Shown here one piece after another: positions 1 through 9,094 of a stretch of 22,570 nt of DNA. The notes beneath the pieces are model-generated. The model was not told the DNA's origin and did not search any database. It saw nothing but the letters and a program-made list of their open reading frames with translations. Numbering within the stretch: the first letter of the stretch is position 1; every line of letters begins with the position of its first letter. The position numbers and the translations under genes were made by a program. Source of the DNA: Candidatus Dadabacteria bacterium (lineage in GTDB: Bacteria > Desulfobacterota_D > UBA1144 > Nemesobacterales > CSP1-2); NCBI GenBank assembly GCA_040289575.1, contig PSLL01000036.1, positions 1 through 22,570 of the forward strand, given 5' to 3'.

Positions 1-17
1 GCAGTAATATTTCTCAT
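1..17 (-). CDS. 5' end of a gene running off the left edge (MRNITA...), product unknown
   Basis: Minus-strand ATG at 17 preceded by a strong SD, GGAGGAGG (27-34); only 5 codons are visible. Confidence 0.55.
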
Positions 18-65
18 ATCATCATACCTCCTCCTTTTTGTCCTAAATTTTAATGTGTAAGCACA

Positions 66-130
66 GCGTCTCTGGATGCTAGGAGTGCTTTTCGGAAGCC
101 CTCTGACTTCTCTGTCATAGTCCAGTACGC
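66..130 (-). other. Candidate structured RNA (multi-stem junction) in the leader of the leftward gene
   Basis: Nested complementary pairs: 66-69/127-130, 72-76/121-125, 79-81/118-120, 83-85/101-103, 87-90/96-99, 104-107/114-117; no known family recognised. Confidence 0.35.
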
Positions 131-341
131 GCAATCAAGTAACCTTTGGTAATCTTCACTGGGGCTGATGGTCGAGTTGATAAGGCTTTTTCAATTTGTA
201 TATGAAGTTAAACCAAGTTTCCCAGGGTTCATTTGGGTTTCTAAAATCCAGAGGTATTTTTACCGACTTTTAATCAAGATGAACTTTAAAAATGAAGAAT
301 AGAAGTTTATAATTATTTTTACCTAATCGGAGGACGATGAA

Positions 342-701
342 TTGAGTCGAGTGATATTTATTGTTTTTATGTCTATTTCCTTCTCTTCTTTTTTCAACGC
401 CCCTTTAATAATGTCCGATGAAAGGGATTATTTTGACATCTCCCCTAGATTAGACGAACTTGGAAAAGAGACAAAACCAGATATATATACCGAATATCAA
501 AAAGCCCAAGATAGACTCTGGAGAGATTACCTGGAGATAAGAAATAAACTCATTAACGAATATATATCGGGAAAATCCGAGATGTCATATGAAGAGTTCA
601 AGTCGAAAGAGCAGTCATTAAGGGATATATATCTGAGGGGACGAAGTGAATTGCTCCGTAAGTATCTCAGAAATAGTGAACGGACACCGAATAAAAGCTA
701 G
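342..701 (+). CDS. Hypothetical protein, hydrophobic N-terminus (possibly exported), charged helical body
   Basis: 119-aa ORF, TTG start with GGAGG at 329-333. Confidence 0.6.
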   Translation: MSRVIFIVFMSISFSSFFNAPLIMSDERDYFDISPRLDELGKETKPDIYTEYQKAQDRLWRDYLEIRNKLINEYISGKSEMSYEEFKSKEQSLRDIYLRGRSELLRKYLRNSERTPNKS

Positions 702-738
702 GTTCTTGTACGCATCATGCAAATCATAGAGGGAAATC

Positions 739-1152
739 ATGAAAAGCCACACGGAATATATATGGTTTAATACAAAAAAGAAGAGAGAAATAGTACATAT
801 CACAGACACAGTAAGAGAGATTGTAAAAAAGAGCGGTGTACAGGAGGGGTTTGCTTTAGTATCTGCCATGCATATAACGGCGGCGGTCTACATAAATGAT
901 CTAGAAGGAGGGCTATTCAAGGACATCTGGGAGTGGCTTGAAAGACTGGCTCCATATCGGAAAGACTACAAGCACCATAGAACTGGAGAAGATAACGGTG
1001 ATGCCCATCTCAAGAATCTCATAATGCACCACCAGGTAATCGTGCCGATTACAAAGGGAGATTTAGACCTTGGTCCATGGCAGAGGGTTTTTTATGCCGA
1101 ATTTGACGGACAAAGAAGGAAAAGAATAATCGTGAAGGTAATTGGTGAGTAA
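739..1152 (+). CDS. yjbQ: YjbQ / UPF0047 family protein (secondary thiamine-phosphate synthase-like)
   Basis: Motifs [35 protein letters not shown]. Confidence 0.92.
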   Translation: MKSHTEYIWFNTKKKREIVHITDTVREIVKKSGVQEGFALVSAMHITAAVYINDLEGGLFKDIWEWLERLAPYRKDYKHHRTGEDNGDAHLKNLIMHHQVIVPITKGDLDLGPWQRVFYAEFDGQRRKRIIVKVIGE

Positions 1153-1155
1153 GAA

Positions 1156-1614
1156 ATGAAAGAAACAGAAAAAATGGATAAATTTCAGCCCAGAATATAC
1201 ATTGACAAAGAGGGAAACTGGTATCAGGACGGGATTCCTATTCTTCACAGATGGACATACCTTTACAACAATAAATTATTAAGACGCGACGAAGAGGGCA
1301 GATATTACATAGATGAAGGAAGAGGAAGGGTTTATGCTCATGTAGAAGATACCCCATTTGTGGTTAAGATGATAGACAAACGCACCGACGGGCTTTATTT
1401 GATCCTAAACGACGAGACCGAGGAGAAACTCGATTTCAGTGCACTTTGGTTGAATCAACAAAACATACCTTATACTAAGGTAAAGAACGGTGAATTCGAA
1501 GCCAGATTCTCAAGACCTGCCTACTATGAAATCACTAAGTACCTGAAGCAGAAAGGAGATAGATTTTATATAGAATTAGATGGAATTGAGTATACATTAA
1601 AATCAAAAAAATAA
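1156..1614 (+). CDS. DUF1285-like protein
   Basis: IDKEGNWYQDG.PI, VEDTPFVV, PYTKV...EARFSRPAYY pattern. Confidence 0.7.
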   Translation: MKETEKMDKFQPRIYIDKEGNWYQDGIPILHRWTYLYNNKLLRRDEEGRYYIDEGRGRVYAHVEDTPFVVKMIDKRTDGLYLILNDETEEKLDFSALWLNQQNIPYTKVKNGEFEARFSRPAYYEITKYLKQKGDRFYIELDGIEYTLKSKK

Positions 1615-1622
1615 TTTTATCC

Positions 1623-2786
1623 TTACTTAAGAATCAAAGAGTCAATAACCCTCATAATGAGTTCGTTTGAAACGAGAACTCCATTTCTACTCAGTCGAAT
1701 CAAATCACCGGATAATACCAAAAAACCGCCATCTATGAGTGAATCTAATTTATCAGAGCGTAGTTTTATTCCAAATCTCTCTTTGATACTTGTAAGACTG
1801 ATTCCCTCTTGAAGCCTGAGTCCCATAAGAATCTTATCCTCAATGGCTTCCTCTTTTTCGAGATACTCCGTAAATGCAAGAGGCCTTTTGCCTTCTAAAA
1901 CTGCTTTCATATAAACGTCCGGATTATTTAAGTTAGCCCATCTAACTCCCCAAGGACTTAATCTACTTGAAGAAATATGCGAATGGGCACCGGCGCCAAG
2001 TCCAATATAGTCCTCCCCCTTCCAGTAAAGTAGGTTATGTCTGCACTCAAACCCCGGCTTTGCAAAGTTTGAAATCTCATATCGCCTGTAGTCGTTATTT
2101 TCTAGAAAACCAGATGTGAAAGAGAGCATCTCTGTGAGTGCATCTTCATCAAGAAGCGGCAGTTTGCCATTCGAGTAAAGTATTCCAAATTCCGTATTAT
2201 CTTCTACCGTAAGGCAGTAGGCAGAGATATGAGTCGTATTAAATCTAAGCGCCTCTTCTAAATCCACTCTCCACTCGTCAATGGTTTCAAAAGAGACTCC
2301 GAACATAAGGTCAAGATTGAAATTGTCAAACCCCGCTTTAACTATGTCATCTAATATCCTTCTGCTATTATCGGGTGTATTTATTCTCCCGAGCAGTTTA
2401 AGCTTTCTTTCTGAAAAGGATTGCACTCCGACACTGATTCTATTTATCCCCGCGTCACGTAAACCACTTAGCTTCCCTAGATTTGCCGTTTTTGGATTTA
2501 CCTCCAAAGAGACTTCAACCGCATCTAAAGGAGAAGCTAACTTTAGGATTTCGCCTGTTATTTTTCCTATACTCTCCGGGGAAAATAAAGACGGCGTTCC
2601 ACCCCCAAAAAATATTGAACTGATGGGAACCCCTTCAATTGATCCTCTGTAGAGATCGAGTTCTTTAAGAATTGACTCCGTATATTCTTTCTCCGGTACA
2701 CGTTTTCCTACGCCATACGAATTGAAATCGCAGTAGGGACATTTCTTTACGCAATACGGAATGTGAACGTAGACGCCAAATGGCAT
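1623..2786 (-). CDS. hemW: Radical SAM heme chaperone HemW (HemN-like)
   Basis: YVHIPYC..KCPYCDF (CxxxCxxC), GGGTPS, YEISNFA, HNLLYW, YIGLGAGAH; no HemN N-terminal extension. Confidence 0.92.
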   Translation of the reverse strand: MPFGVYVHIPYCVKKCPYCDFNSYGVGKRVPEKEYTESILKELDLYRGSIEGVPISSIFFGGGTPSLFSPESIGKITGEILKLASPLDAVEVSLEVNPKTANLGKLSGLRDAGINRISVGVQSFSERKLKLLGRINTPDNSRRILDDIVKAGFDNFNLDLMFGVSFETIDEWRVDLEEALRFNTTHISAYCLTVEDNTEFGILYSNGKLPLLDEDALTEMLSFTSGFLENNDYRRYEISNFAKPGFECRHNLLYWKGEDYIGLGAGAHSHISSSRLSPWGVRWANLNNPDVYMKAVLEGKRPLAFTEYLEKEEAIEDKILMGLRLQEGISLTSIKERFGIKLRSDKLDSLIDGGFLVLSGDLIRLSRNGVLVSNELIMRVIDSLILK

Positions 2787-2844
2787 AGAGATATTCTACA
2801 CAAATAGGTAGGTGGCACAAATGCAACTCCCGCGAAAAAAGTCC

Positions 2845-2873
2845 TTGACTGCATTTATCAAAGTTGATAAAAT
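2845..2873 (+). promoter_or_regulatory. sigma70-type promoter of the island's first operon
   Basis: TTGACT (2845-2850) - 17 bp - TAAAAT (2868-2873). Confidence 0.7.
2854..2871. promoter_or_regulatory. Palindromic operator candidate TTTATCAA-AG-TTGATAAA
   Basis: Perfect 8-bp inverted repeat covering the promoter spacer and part of the -10. Confidence 0.6.
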
Positions 2874-2958
2874 GGTGAATATAGTAAATAACAAACAGAA
2901 GTCCCCGATTCTAATTTATTAGAGGATATTTTCTTCCACAAATCCTCTGGAGGCGGAG

Positions 2959-3408
2959 ATGGGAGAATTTACATTCAAGATTGCCGAAACCGCAAAGGAA
3001 CTAGAAGAGTATTTTTGCCTTCGCCACGAGGTTTTTGTCCAAGAACAGAGGATATTTTCCGAAACCGATGTTGACCAATACGACAGGGATGCGGTGCATA
3101 TAGTTGCAATTGATAAATCAACTGGAAGGGTGGTAGGTGCGGTCAGGTGTTATAAAAAGGAAGAAAACACGTGGTTCGGCGGACGGCTTGGAGCCGCCCC
3201 GGCCTATCGAAACGGTCAGGTGGGACCAGGACTCGTGAGACTTGCCGTAAAAACGGTGAAATCCAATGGGTGTGAGAGATTCCTTGCGTACATTCAACCT
3301 CAGAACGTGAGATTCTTCGAAAGATTGGGATGGAAAACAGTGGGAGAACCAGTCATCTACCAAGGTCTTCCCCATCAGTTAATGGAAGCGGATTTGGATT
3401 CAGTTTAA
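2959..3408 (+). CDS. GNAT N-acetyltransferase, MSMEG_0567 N-terminal / Sll0786 family (NitE-like)
   Basis: LRHEVFVQEQRIF..D.D.YD, WFGGRL, FLAYIQPQNVRFFERLGW, HQLMEADL; SD GGAGG; cluster context. Confidence 0.88.
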   Translation: MGEFTFKIAETAKELEEYFCLRHEVFVQEQRIFSETDVDQYDRDAVHIVAIDKSTGRVVGAVRCYKKEENTWFGGRLGAAPAYRNGQVGPGLVRLAVKTVKSNGCERFLAYIQPQNVRFFERLGWKTVGEPVIYQGLPHQLMEADLDSV

Positions 3409-3461
3409 GAAACGCATTTAGTCACGAATGAACACGAATTCGTAGCTAATAAGGAAAACAA

Positions 3462-4448
3462 ATGCATGAGCTAATCTCGGCTTTACGCTCTTCTCCCCGA
3501 TTAGACCAAAAGACAAGGTTAAAACACCTCTGGCGCCTATTACCCCAGGTCTCTCGGGTTGACGGCAGCGATATACTTATTGGCGATGATGCGGCATCTA
3601 TTAAAACCCAAGACGGTTACCTGCTTCTTGCCGCAGAAGGCGTTTATCCCCCTCTTTTAAAATCAAATCCTTACCTTGCTGGGCGCACATCCGTTCTTAC
3701 AAATGTAAATGATATATACGCCATGGGCGGCAGGCCTATAGCGATCGTAGATGTGCTCTTCGCATCAGATTCCGAAGAGGCTGAGAAAGTACTCCATGGA
3801 ATCAGAGACAATGCATTACGTTACAAGGTTCCTGTAGTCGGTGGACATTTGACCCTTGAATCGGGCTGCTTTTCGCTCTCTGTCTCTATACTTGGTAAGG
3901 CCAAGAGGTTGATTTCGAGCTTTGGCGCCGAGGTAGATGATGACCTGGTTTTTGTCTCCAATCTCAATGGGAAATTCTACTCCAGTTTTAATTTCTGGGA
4001 TTCTTCGAGCAACCTGAGCGGAGAAGAGGTTCTAACCCAGTTGAACCTCATGCCTCAAATATCCGAGGATGAACTGGCAGATGCAGGAAAGGACATAAGT
4101 ATGGCTGGACTCATAGGCTCAACATTAATGCTCCTTGAGTGTTCCCACAAGGGAGCGGAGATCTACATTGATAAAATCCCTAGGCCCTCTAATGTCTCTC
4201 TAAAAGATTGGCTGATTACGTTCCCGAGTTTTGGATTTGTTCTTTCTCTAAGACCGCGCAACACCCCAAAGGTAAAAGAGATTTTCAGAAAATTTAATTT
4301 AGTGTGTGAGCGAATTGGAAAAGTAACCTCTGATTGTCAGGTCTCTTTCGTTAAGGATTCGGTCGAAAAAAACCTCTTTTGGGACTTTAAAACAGAGCCC
4401 TTGATTGGAATTGAAAAGATAAAAAAAATAAATTCTAACATCGGCTAA
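3462..4448 (+). CDS. AIR synthase (PurM/SelD/HypE superfamily)-like protein, Sll0787 / MSMEG_0567 family (NitF-like)
   Basis: IGDDAA, NVNDIYAMGGRP, VPVVGGH, AGKDISMAG, WL.TFPSFGF. Confidence 0.9.
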   Translation: MHELISALRSSPRLDQKTRLKHLWRLLPQVSRVDGSDILIGDDAASIKTQDGYLLLAAEGVYPPLLKSNPYLAGRTSVLTNVNDIYAMGGRPIAIVDVLFASDSEEAEKVLHGIRDNALRYKVPVVGGHLTLESGCFSLSVSILGKAKRLISSFGAEVDDDLVFVSNLNGKFYSSFNFWDSSSNLSGEEVLTQLNLMPQISEDELADAGKDISMAGLIGSTLMLLECSHKGAEIYIDKIPRPSNVSLKDWLITFPSFGFVLSLRPRNTPKVKEIFRKFNLVCERIGKVTSDCQVSFVKDSVEKNLFWDFKTEPLIGIEKIKKINSNIG

Positions 4449-4459
4449 TAGGTAAATGT

Positions 4460-5041
4460 ATGGCCGAAGAGAAAAATCAGGTAGACAGAATTATATCAAA
4501 GCTGGGAGAAAAAATAAAGGCCCTTCGCATTGAAAAGGGTTGGTCTCTTCAGGACTTAGCTCAAAAATCCGGTATCTCTGCAGCTGGGATTCACAGGATT
4601 GAGTCAAATGGCATAACCCCAACAATAACTACCATGATGAAAATAGCAGACGCCCTGGGAAAGAAGGTCAGCTTCTTTATAGAAGAAGAGGAAGAGGACG
4701 CCGTCTTTGTCCCTTCGGGTAAGCGTGAGTCAATATTCACCTTTAAAAAAGGGCTAGATTTACAATGCGTTTCCGCGAAAAAATACGGTGATTTCATTAT
4801 GACTGCGGCTTATGCGGTGGTTGAGATTGGGGCGTCAAGCGGCAGAAAACCTATGAGCCATCGCGGAGAGGAACTGGTCTACTGCATCGAGGGGAAAATG
4901 GAGTTCCAGGTAAATAACAAGGTATATGTACTTAACCCCGGCGATAGCCTTCACTTTAGAACGATTGCAGAACATAGATGGAGAAATATAGGCGACGTTC
5001 GAGCAAAGCTAATATGGGTGCTCGCTGTCCCGCCCTCGTGA
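4460..5041 (+). CDS. XRE-family HTH transcriptional regulator with C-terminal cupin domain
   Basis: N-terminal IKALR..KGWSLQDLAQKSGIS...IHRIE HTH; cupin H.GEE.VY..EG, L.PGDSLHF..H.W.N. Confidence 0.92.
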   Translation: MAEEKNQVDRIISKLGEKIKALRIEKGWSLQDLAQKSGISAAGIHRIESNGITPTITTMMKIADALGKKVSFFIEEEEEDAVFVPSGKRESIFTFKKGLDLQCVSAKKYGDFIMTAAYAVVEIGASSGRKPMSHRGEELVYCIEGKMEFQVNNKVYVLNPGDSLHFRTIAEHRWRNIGDVRAKLIWVLAVPPS

Positions 5042-5054
5042 GGAACTCGATTAC

Positions 5055-6359
5055 GTGGCTGCCAAAACCAAAATTCAGGGAAAATCAAGAGAGAAAATGT
5101 ACCTGGGAGAGCGGATTAATGAGGCAAATGCGGTTGCTATAGAGAGAATACTCTCTGTTGAGCCAGCTCTTGTTGATGTGAATACCGCACTCAACGCCAT
5201 ACCCAATATGACCCCCAATACCATACTCCATGCAGGGCCTCCAATTGAATGGGAAAGGATGTGCGACCCGATGAAGAGAGCCATTAGAGGAGCCTTGATT
5301 TTTGAGGGGCTGGCTAGTGATGATCAAGAAGCAAAGAGGCTGATTCGGGCAAATAAAATTAAACTCTCTCCAAACCATCATCACGATGCGGCAGGCCCTA
5401 TGACGGGGATTATTTCCCCTTCCATGCCAGTAATCGTCTCAAAGGACTTAACATCCGGCAGAACTGTCTATTCCACATTTAATGAAGGCGGAGGCAGGGT
5501 TCTCTGGTTTGGGGCTTTCGGGGATGAAACGCTTGAGAGACTCAGATGGATGCGTGATGTATTGGGTCCTGTGATGAAAAGGGTAATTGAAAAGGCAGGG
5601 GGTATCTCGATCTGGAATATCTTAGCTCAGGGGATTCAGATGGGGGATGAGTGCCATAACCGCCACGCTGCCTCTACGAACATCTTTCTCAAAAGCATTA
5701 TTGAGCCCCTCTTTTCAATAGATTTATCTCGTGATACTGCCCTGCAGGTCTACAGATTTATAGCCGGAAACAGTCACTTCTTTCTCAACATAACTATGAC
5801 TGGCTGTAAACTCGCAATGGATGCGGCCCGTGATATAGAGGATTCTACAATAGTTACCGCCATGTCTCGAAACGGGACGGATTTTGGTATACGCGTAAGC
5901 GGACTTGGGGATAGCTGGTTTATATCTCCTTCGCCTCTTCTTCTTGATGCCCTATATAATCCGGGGTACGGTCCCGATGACGGCGCTCCTGATATAGGGG
6001 ATAGCGCAATTATAGAGACTATGGGACTTGGTGGATTCACTATTGCTTCTGCACCTGCTATGGCCTCATTTGCTGGTGGTGGCTTCCAGGAAGCCGTGAA
6101 TATAACAAAACAGATGGGTTTGATTACAACTACTAAAAATTCCAAATTTGCAATCCCCTCTTTGGACTTTGAAGGGATCCCGATGGGGATTGATATTCGA
6201 AAGGTCATAGAAACAGAAATTCTTCCAAGCATAGATAGCGCGGTGATTCATAAAGCCAAAGGAACGGGACAGATCGGAGCCGGAATTGTAAAGGCCCCCT
6301 ATGAGTGTTTTGCAAAGGCTCTTATGGCCTTTGGAGAGAAATATAATTGGGCAGTGTAG
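5055..6359 (+). CDS. DUF1116 protein (YlbE/AllG-like oxamate carbamoyltransferase subunit)
   Basis: LHAGPPI.W, GPMTGIISPSMP, MGDECHNR, SRNGTDFGIRVSG, DIGDSAIIET.GLGG, GQIGAG; start uncertain (GTG 5055 or ATG 5097). Confidence 0.9.
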   Translation: MAAKTKIQGKSREKMYLGERINEANAVAIERILSVEPALVDVNTALNAIPNMTPNTILHAGPPIEWERMCDPMKRAIRGALIFEGLASDDQEAKRLIRANKIKLSPNHHHDAAGPMTGIISPSMPVIVSKDLTSGRTVYSTFNEGGGRVLWFGAFGDETLERLRWMRDVLGPVMKRVIEKAGGISIWNILAQGIQMGDECHNRHAASTNIFLKSIIEPLFSIDLSRDTALQVYRFIAGNSHFFLNITMTGCKLAMDAARDIEDSTIVTAMSRNGTDFGIRVSGLGDSWFISPSPLLLDALYNPGYGPDDGAPDIGDSAIIETMGLGGFTIASAPAMASFAGGGFQEAVNITKQMGLITTTKNSKFAIPSLDFEGIPMGIDIRKVIETEILPSIDSAVIHKAKGTGQIGAGIVKAPYECFAKALMAFGEKYNWAV

Positions 6360-6379
6360 TAGATACAAAGAAGAAAAAA

Positions 6380-7942
6380 ATGGCGGTAGTCAGCACGATT
6401 AAGAAAAACTATTATCAGGACTCAATGAAGCTTATGCAGATAAGCCAGAAGCTCAGTACGCTACCCGGCATTAAGAAAGCCTCTGCGATTATGGCAACGG
6501 AGGCTAATCTGAGGATACTAAGAGACACCGGTATAATCGAGCAAATTCCCGAATCGGCAAGTGCAAATGATTTGATTGTAGCGATTGAAGCAGAATCCGA
6601 AAAGGCGGCAAAGGAAGCGATAGAGAAGCTTGATTCTTTTCTTGCTTTTCCCAAAGTTCGGATTACTGCAGGGATAGAATACAAAAACTTTGACTCTGCT
6701 TATGAAGCTCTCCCCCAGGCGAACCTTGCAATTATCTCCGTTCCCGGTCAATACGCGAAACTGGAAGTGGCAAAAGCTATTGAAAGAGGGCTTCATACGT
6801 TCCTTTTCAGCGATAATCTGACAATAGAAGAGGAAATAGAGCTTAAAGAAAGGGCAAGGGAAAGGGGACTCCTGGTTATGGGTCCCGGATGTGGCACAGC
6901 AATAATAAATGGAATCGGGCTTGGGTTTGCAAATGTGGTGATGCGAGGCCCGATTGGAGTAATCGCTGCGTCAGGAACGGGAATGCAGGAGGTCACAACC
7001 CTCATACACAACTGTGGTTCAGGGATTTCTCATGCAATCGGGTTAGGGGGAATAGACCTATCCGAAAAGGTCGGTGGCATTATGGCAATAGAAGCGATAA
7101 GGATACTCGAAAATGATAGAAGCACACAAGCCCTTCTTCTCGTCTCTAAACCGCCGTCTGAGGAGGTAGCGCAAAAGGTAATTAATTTGGTTCATGAATC
7201 CAAAAAGCCCGCCGTTGTGTGCTTTCTTGGAAATAAGTTCGATAAAAAAATAGATTCAAACATCCGCTTTTCTTCAACATTAGAAGAGGCGGCTTTAGAA
7301 GCTTTGAAACTCGTCGACGGGAACACAGATAAGCGCTATATTATCTCTAACAAGAATTGGAAGAAACAGGCCAAGAGGTTCATCCAACTACTTAATCCTA
7401 AACAGAAATACATTCGTGGTCTGTTTTCGGGCGGTACTCTCTGTTATGAAGCTCAATGCGTTCTAACACCGATTTTAGGAAAGATTTATTCAAACGCCCC
7501 TTTATATAAAGAAAACAAATTGGATGACTCAAATCGGAGTAAACGTCATACGTGCATTGACTTAGGCGAGGAGGAATTCACACCGGGGCGTCCTCATCCA
7601 ATGATAGATGCGACTCTGAGAAAGGAGAGATTAATAAAAGAGGCCTCCGACCCAACCACGGCTGTAATACTTTTTGATGTAGTTCTTGGATATGTATCAA
7701 GCCCCGACCCTGCCGGAGGCCTCATTCCGGCAATTAAAGAGGCAAAAAGAATAGCAAAGAGTAAAAAGCGTTCCCTAGCCTTTGTGGCCCACGTCTGTGG
7801 CACGGAAAAAGACCCCCAGGGTTTAAAATCACAGGAGGAAAAACTAATAGAAAGCGGGGTATTAGTTTTTCCCACAAACGCCCTCGCCTCCAGGGTTGCA
7901 GGATGGATTACAAAAAGAGGGGAAAAAGGGTTGGAGATTTAA
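6380..7942 (+). CDS. fdrA: FdrA / AllF-like protein (succinyl-CoA ligase alpha-like)
   Basis: YQDSMKLM N-terminus, ISVPGQYA, FLFSDN, MGPGCGT, ASGTGMQE, GLFSGGTL, GRPHPMID; ATG 6380 preferred over TTG 6347. Confidence 0.9.
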   Translation: MAVVSTIKKNYYQDSMKLMQISQKLSTLPGIKKASAIMATEANLRILRDTGIIEQIPESASANDLIVAIEAESEKAAKEAIEKLDSFLAFPKVRITAGIEYKNFDSAYEALPQANLAIISVPGQYAKLEVAKAIERGLHTFLFSDNLTIEEEIELKERARERGLLVMGPGCGTAIINGIGLGFANVVMRGPIGVIAASGTGMQEVTTLIHNCGSGISHAIGLGGIDLSEKVGGIMAIEAIRILENDRSTQALLLVSKPPSEEVAQKVINLVHESKKPAVVCFLGNKFDKKIDSNIRFSSTLEEAALEALKLVDGNTDKRYIISNKNWKKQAKRFIQLLNPKQKYIRGLFSGGTLCYEAQCVLTPILGKIYSNAPLYKENKLDDSNRSKRHTCIDLGEEEFTPGRPHPMIDATLRKERLIKEASDPTTAVILFDVVLGYVSSPDPAGGLIPAIKEAKRIAKSKKRSLAFVAHVCGTEKDPQGLKSQEEKLIESGVLVFPTNALASRVAGWITKRGEKGLEI

Positions 7943-7959
7943 CTAGGGAGAGAAAGTAG

Positions 7960-8901
7960 ATGAATGTGGCTGTGGTAGCGTTTGGTGGAAATGCCCTTAT
8001 GGATTTCAGTGGCAAAAGCAGTTATGCCGACCAGTTAATGAGAACCGAAAAGATGTGCAGTGAGATTTTGAGTCTTTTTGATTTGGGTTATCAGGTTGCG
8101 ATTACACACGGTAATGGTCCCCAGGTCGGAAATCTCCTCATGCAGCAGGAATCCCTGGCCGATACTATCCCACCAATGCCCCTTCATGTCTGTGATGCAA
8201 TGACACAAGGACAGATAGGGTACATGATAGAGCAGACGCTGAGAAATACGTTTACTAAAAATAGTATAAAAAAATCTGTTGTTGCCCTCGTAACTCAAGT
8301 AGTAGTTTCTGAGAATGATCCTGCATTTCAGAATCCTACAAAGTTTATCGGTCCATTTTTTAATAAAGAGGAGAGCGAAAAGCTCGAGAAGGAAAGGGGA
8401 TGGCAAATGAGAGAGGATTCAGGAAGGGGATGGAGACGTGTTGTGCCGTCTCCAAAGCCGGTTGACATAGTTGAAAAAGAAGAAATTGGAGAGATGATAA
8501 AAAAGGATTTTGTTGTAATAGCGTGTGGGGGCGGTGGAATCCCTGTGCTTCAAGATAAAAAGGGAAGGCTTAAAGGAGTGGCTGCGGTAATTGACAAGGA
8601 TTTTGCGGCAGAGAGACTTGCAAGCCTTATTGGTGCGGATATGCTTCTTTTAGTCACATCTGTAAATCAGGTGTCCATTTTCTATGGGACTCCAAATCAA
8701 AAGAATCTAGGTAAGATGACTCTTAAAGAAGCCAAGCACTACTTGTCAGAAGGGCATTTCCCACCGGGAAGTATGGGACCGAAGATTGAAGCCGCAATTA
8801 AATTTCTCAATTCGGGCGGAAAGAAGGCGATCATAACGTCACTGGAAGGTATAGAAGACTCATTAAAAGGAAAAGACGGAACGGAAATACTCAATGCTTG
8901 A
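7960..8901 (+). CDS. arcC: Carbamate kinase
   Basis: FGGNAL, THGNGPQVG, AF.NPTKFIG, WRRVVPSP.P, GGGGIPV, AVIDKD, GSMGPKIEAA. Confidence 0.95.
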   Translation: MNVAVVAFGGNALMDFSGKSSYADQLMRTEKMCSEILSLFDLGYQVAITHGNGPQVGNLLMQQESLADTIPPMPLHVCDAMTQGQIGYMIEQTLRNTFTKNSIKKSVVALVTQVVVSENDPAFQNPTKFIGPFFNKEESEKLEKERGWQMREDSGRGWRRVVPSPKPVDIVEKEEIGEMIKKDFVVIACGGGGIPVLQDKKGRLKGVAAVIDKDFAAERLASLIGADMLLLVTSVNQVSIFYGTPNQKNLGKMTLKEAKHYLSEGHFPPGSMGPKIEAAIKFLNSGGKKAIITSLEGIEDSLKGKDGTEILNA

Positions 8902-8941
8902 GATATGGGGAACAAAAGCGATGCCTGTTTTTAATACCTCA

Positions 8942-8958
8942 TGCCTAGACATTAAGCA
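8942..8958. promoter_or_regulatory. Possible enhancer-binding-protein site (TGC-N11-GCA)
   Basis: TGCCTAGACATTAAGCA ending about 40 bp upstream of the sigma54 -24 box; ATGCCT also occurs 20 bp earlier at 8921. Confidence 0.3.
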
Positions 8959-8999
8959 CGGATTAAACAGATGTTTTCAAAAAATCAGCCTCTTAACAG

Positions 9000-9014
9000 T
9001 GGCACATTGCTTGC
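9000..9014 (+). promoter_or_regulatory. sigma54 (RpoN) -24/-12 promoter
   Basis: TGGCAC-ATTGC-TTGC, exact GG-N10-GC spacing, intergenic, 80 bp before the ATG at 9095. Confidence 0.8.
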
Positions 9015-9094
9015 GAAATAGAGATTCAAAGAGGCAACCTGAAAAATGATTGCTCTTTTTTTGCTTTTATAATAAGATAGAGGAGGTGAGACAG

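Noticed and set aside
2813..2827. TGGCAC upstream of the island as a second sigma54 promoter
   Set aside because: No GC at GG-N10-GC spacing (AC is found instead)
3423..3439. CACGAATGAACACGAAT short direct repeat (loosely similar sequence near 8956-8972)
   Set aside because: Only two 7-bp units; at most a degenerate dispersed-repeat remnant, not a CRISPR array or mobile element
4591..8406. Antisense and alternate-frame ORFs over the XRE, DUF1116, fdrA and carbamate kinase genes (also those over hemW, the flavoprotein, hppA, trxA and speD)
   Set aside because: They overlap well-supported genes and show no recognisable motifs; treated as shadow ORFs
9050..9094. TTG start of the amidohydrolase
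   Set aside because: The strong SD AGGAGGT points to ATG 9095, and the extension has no domain content
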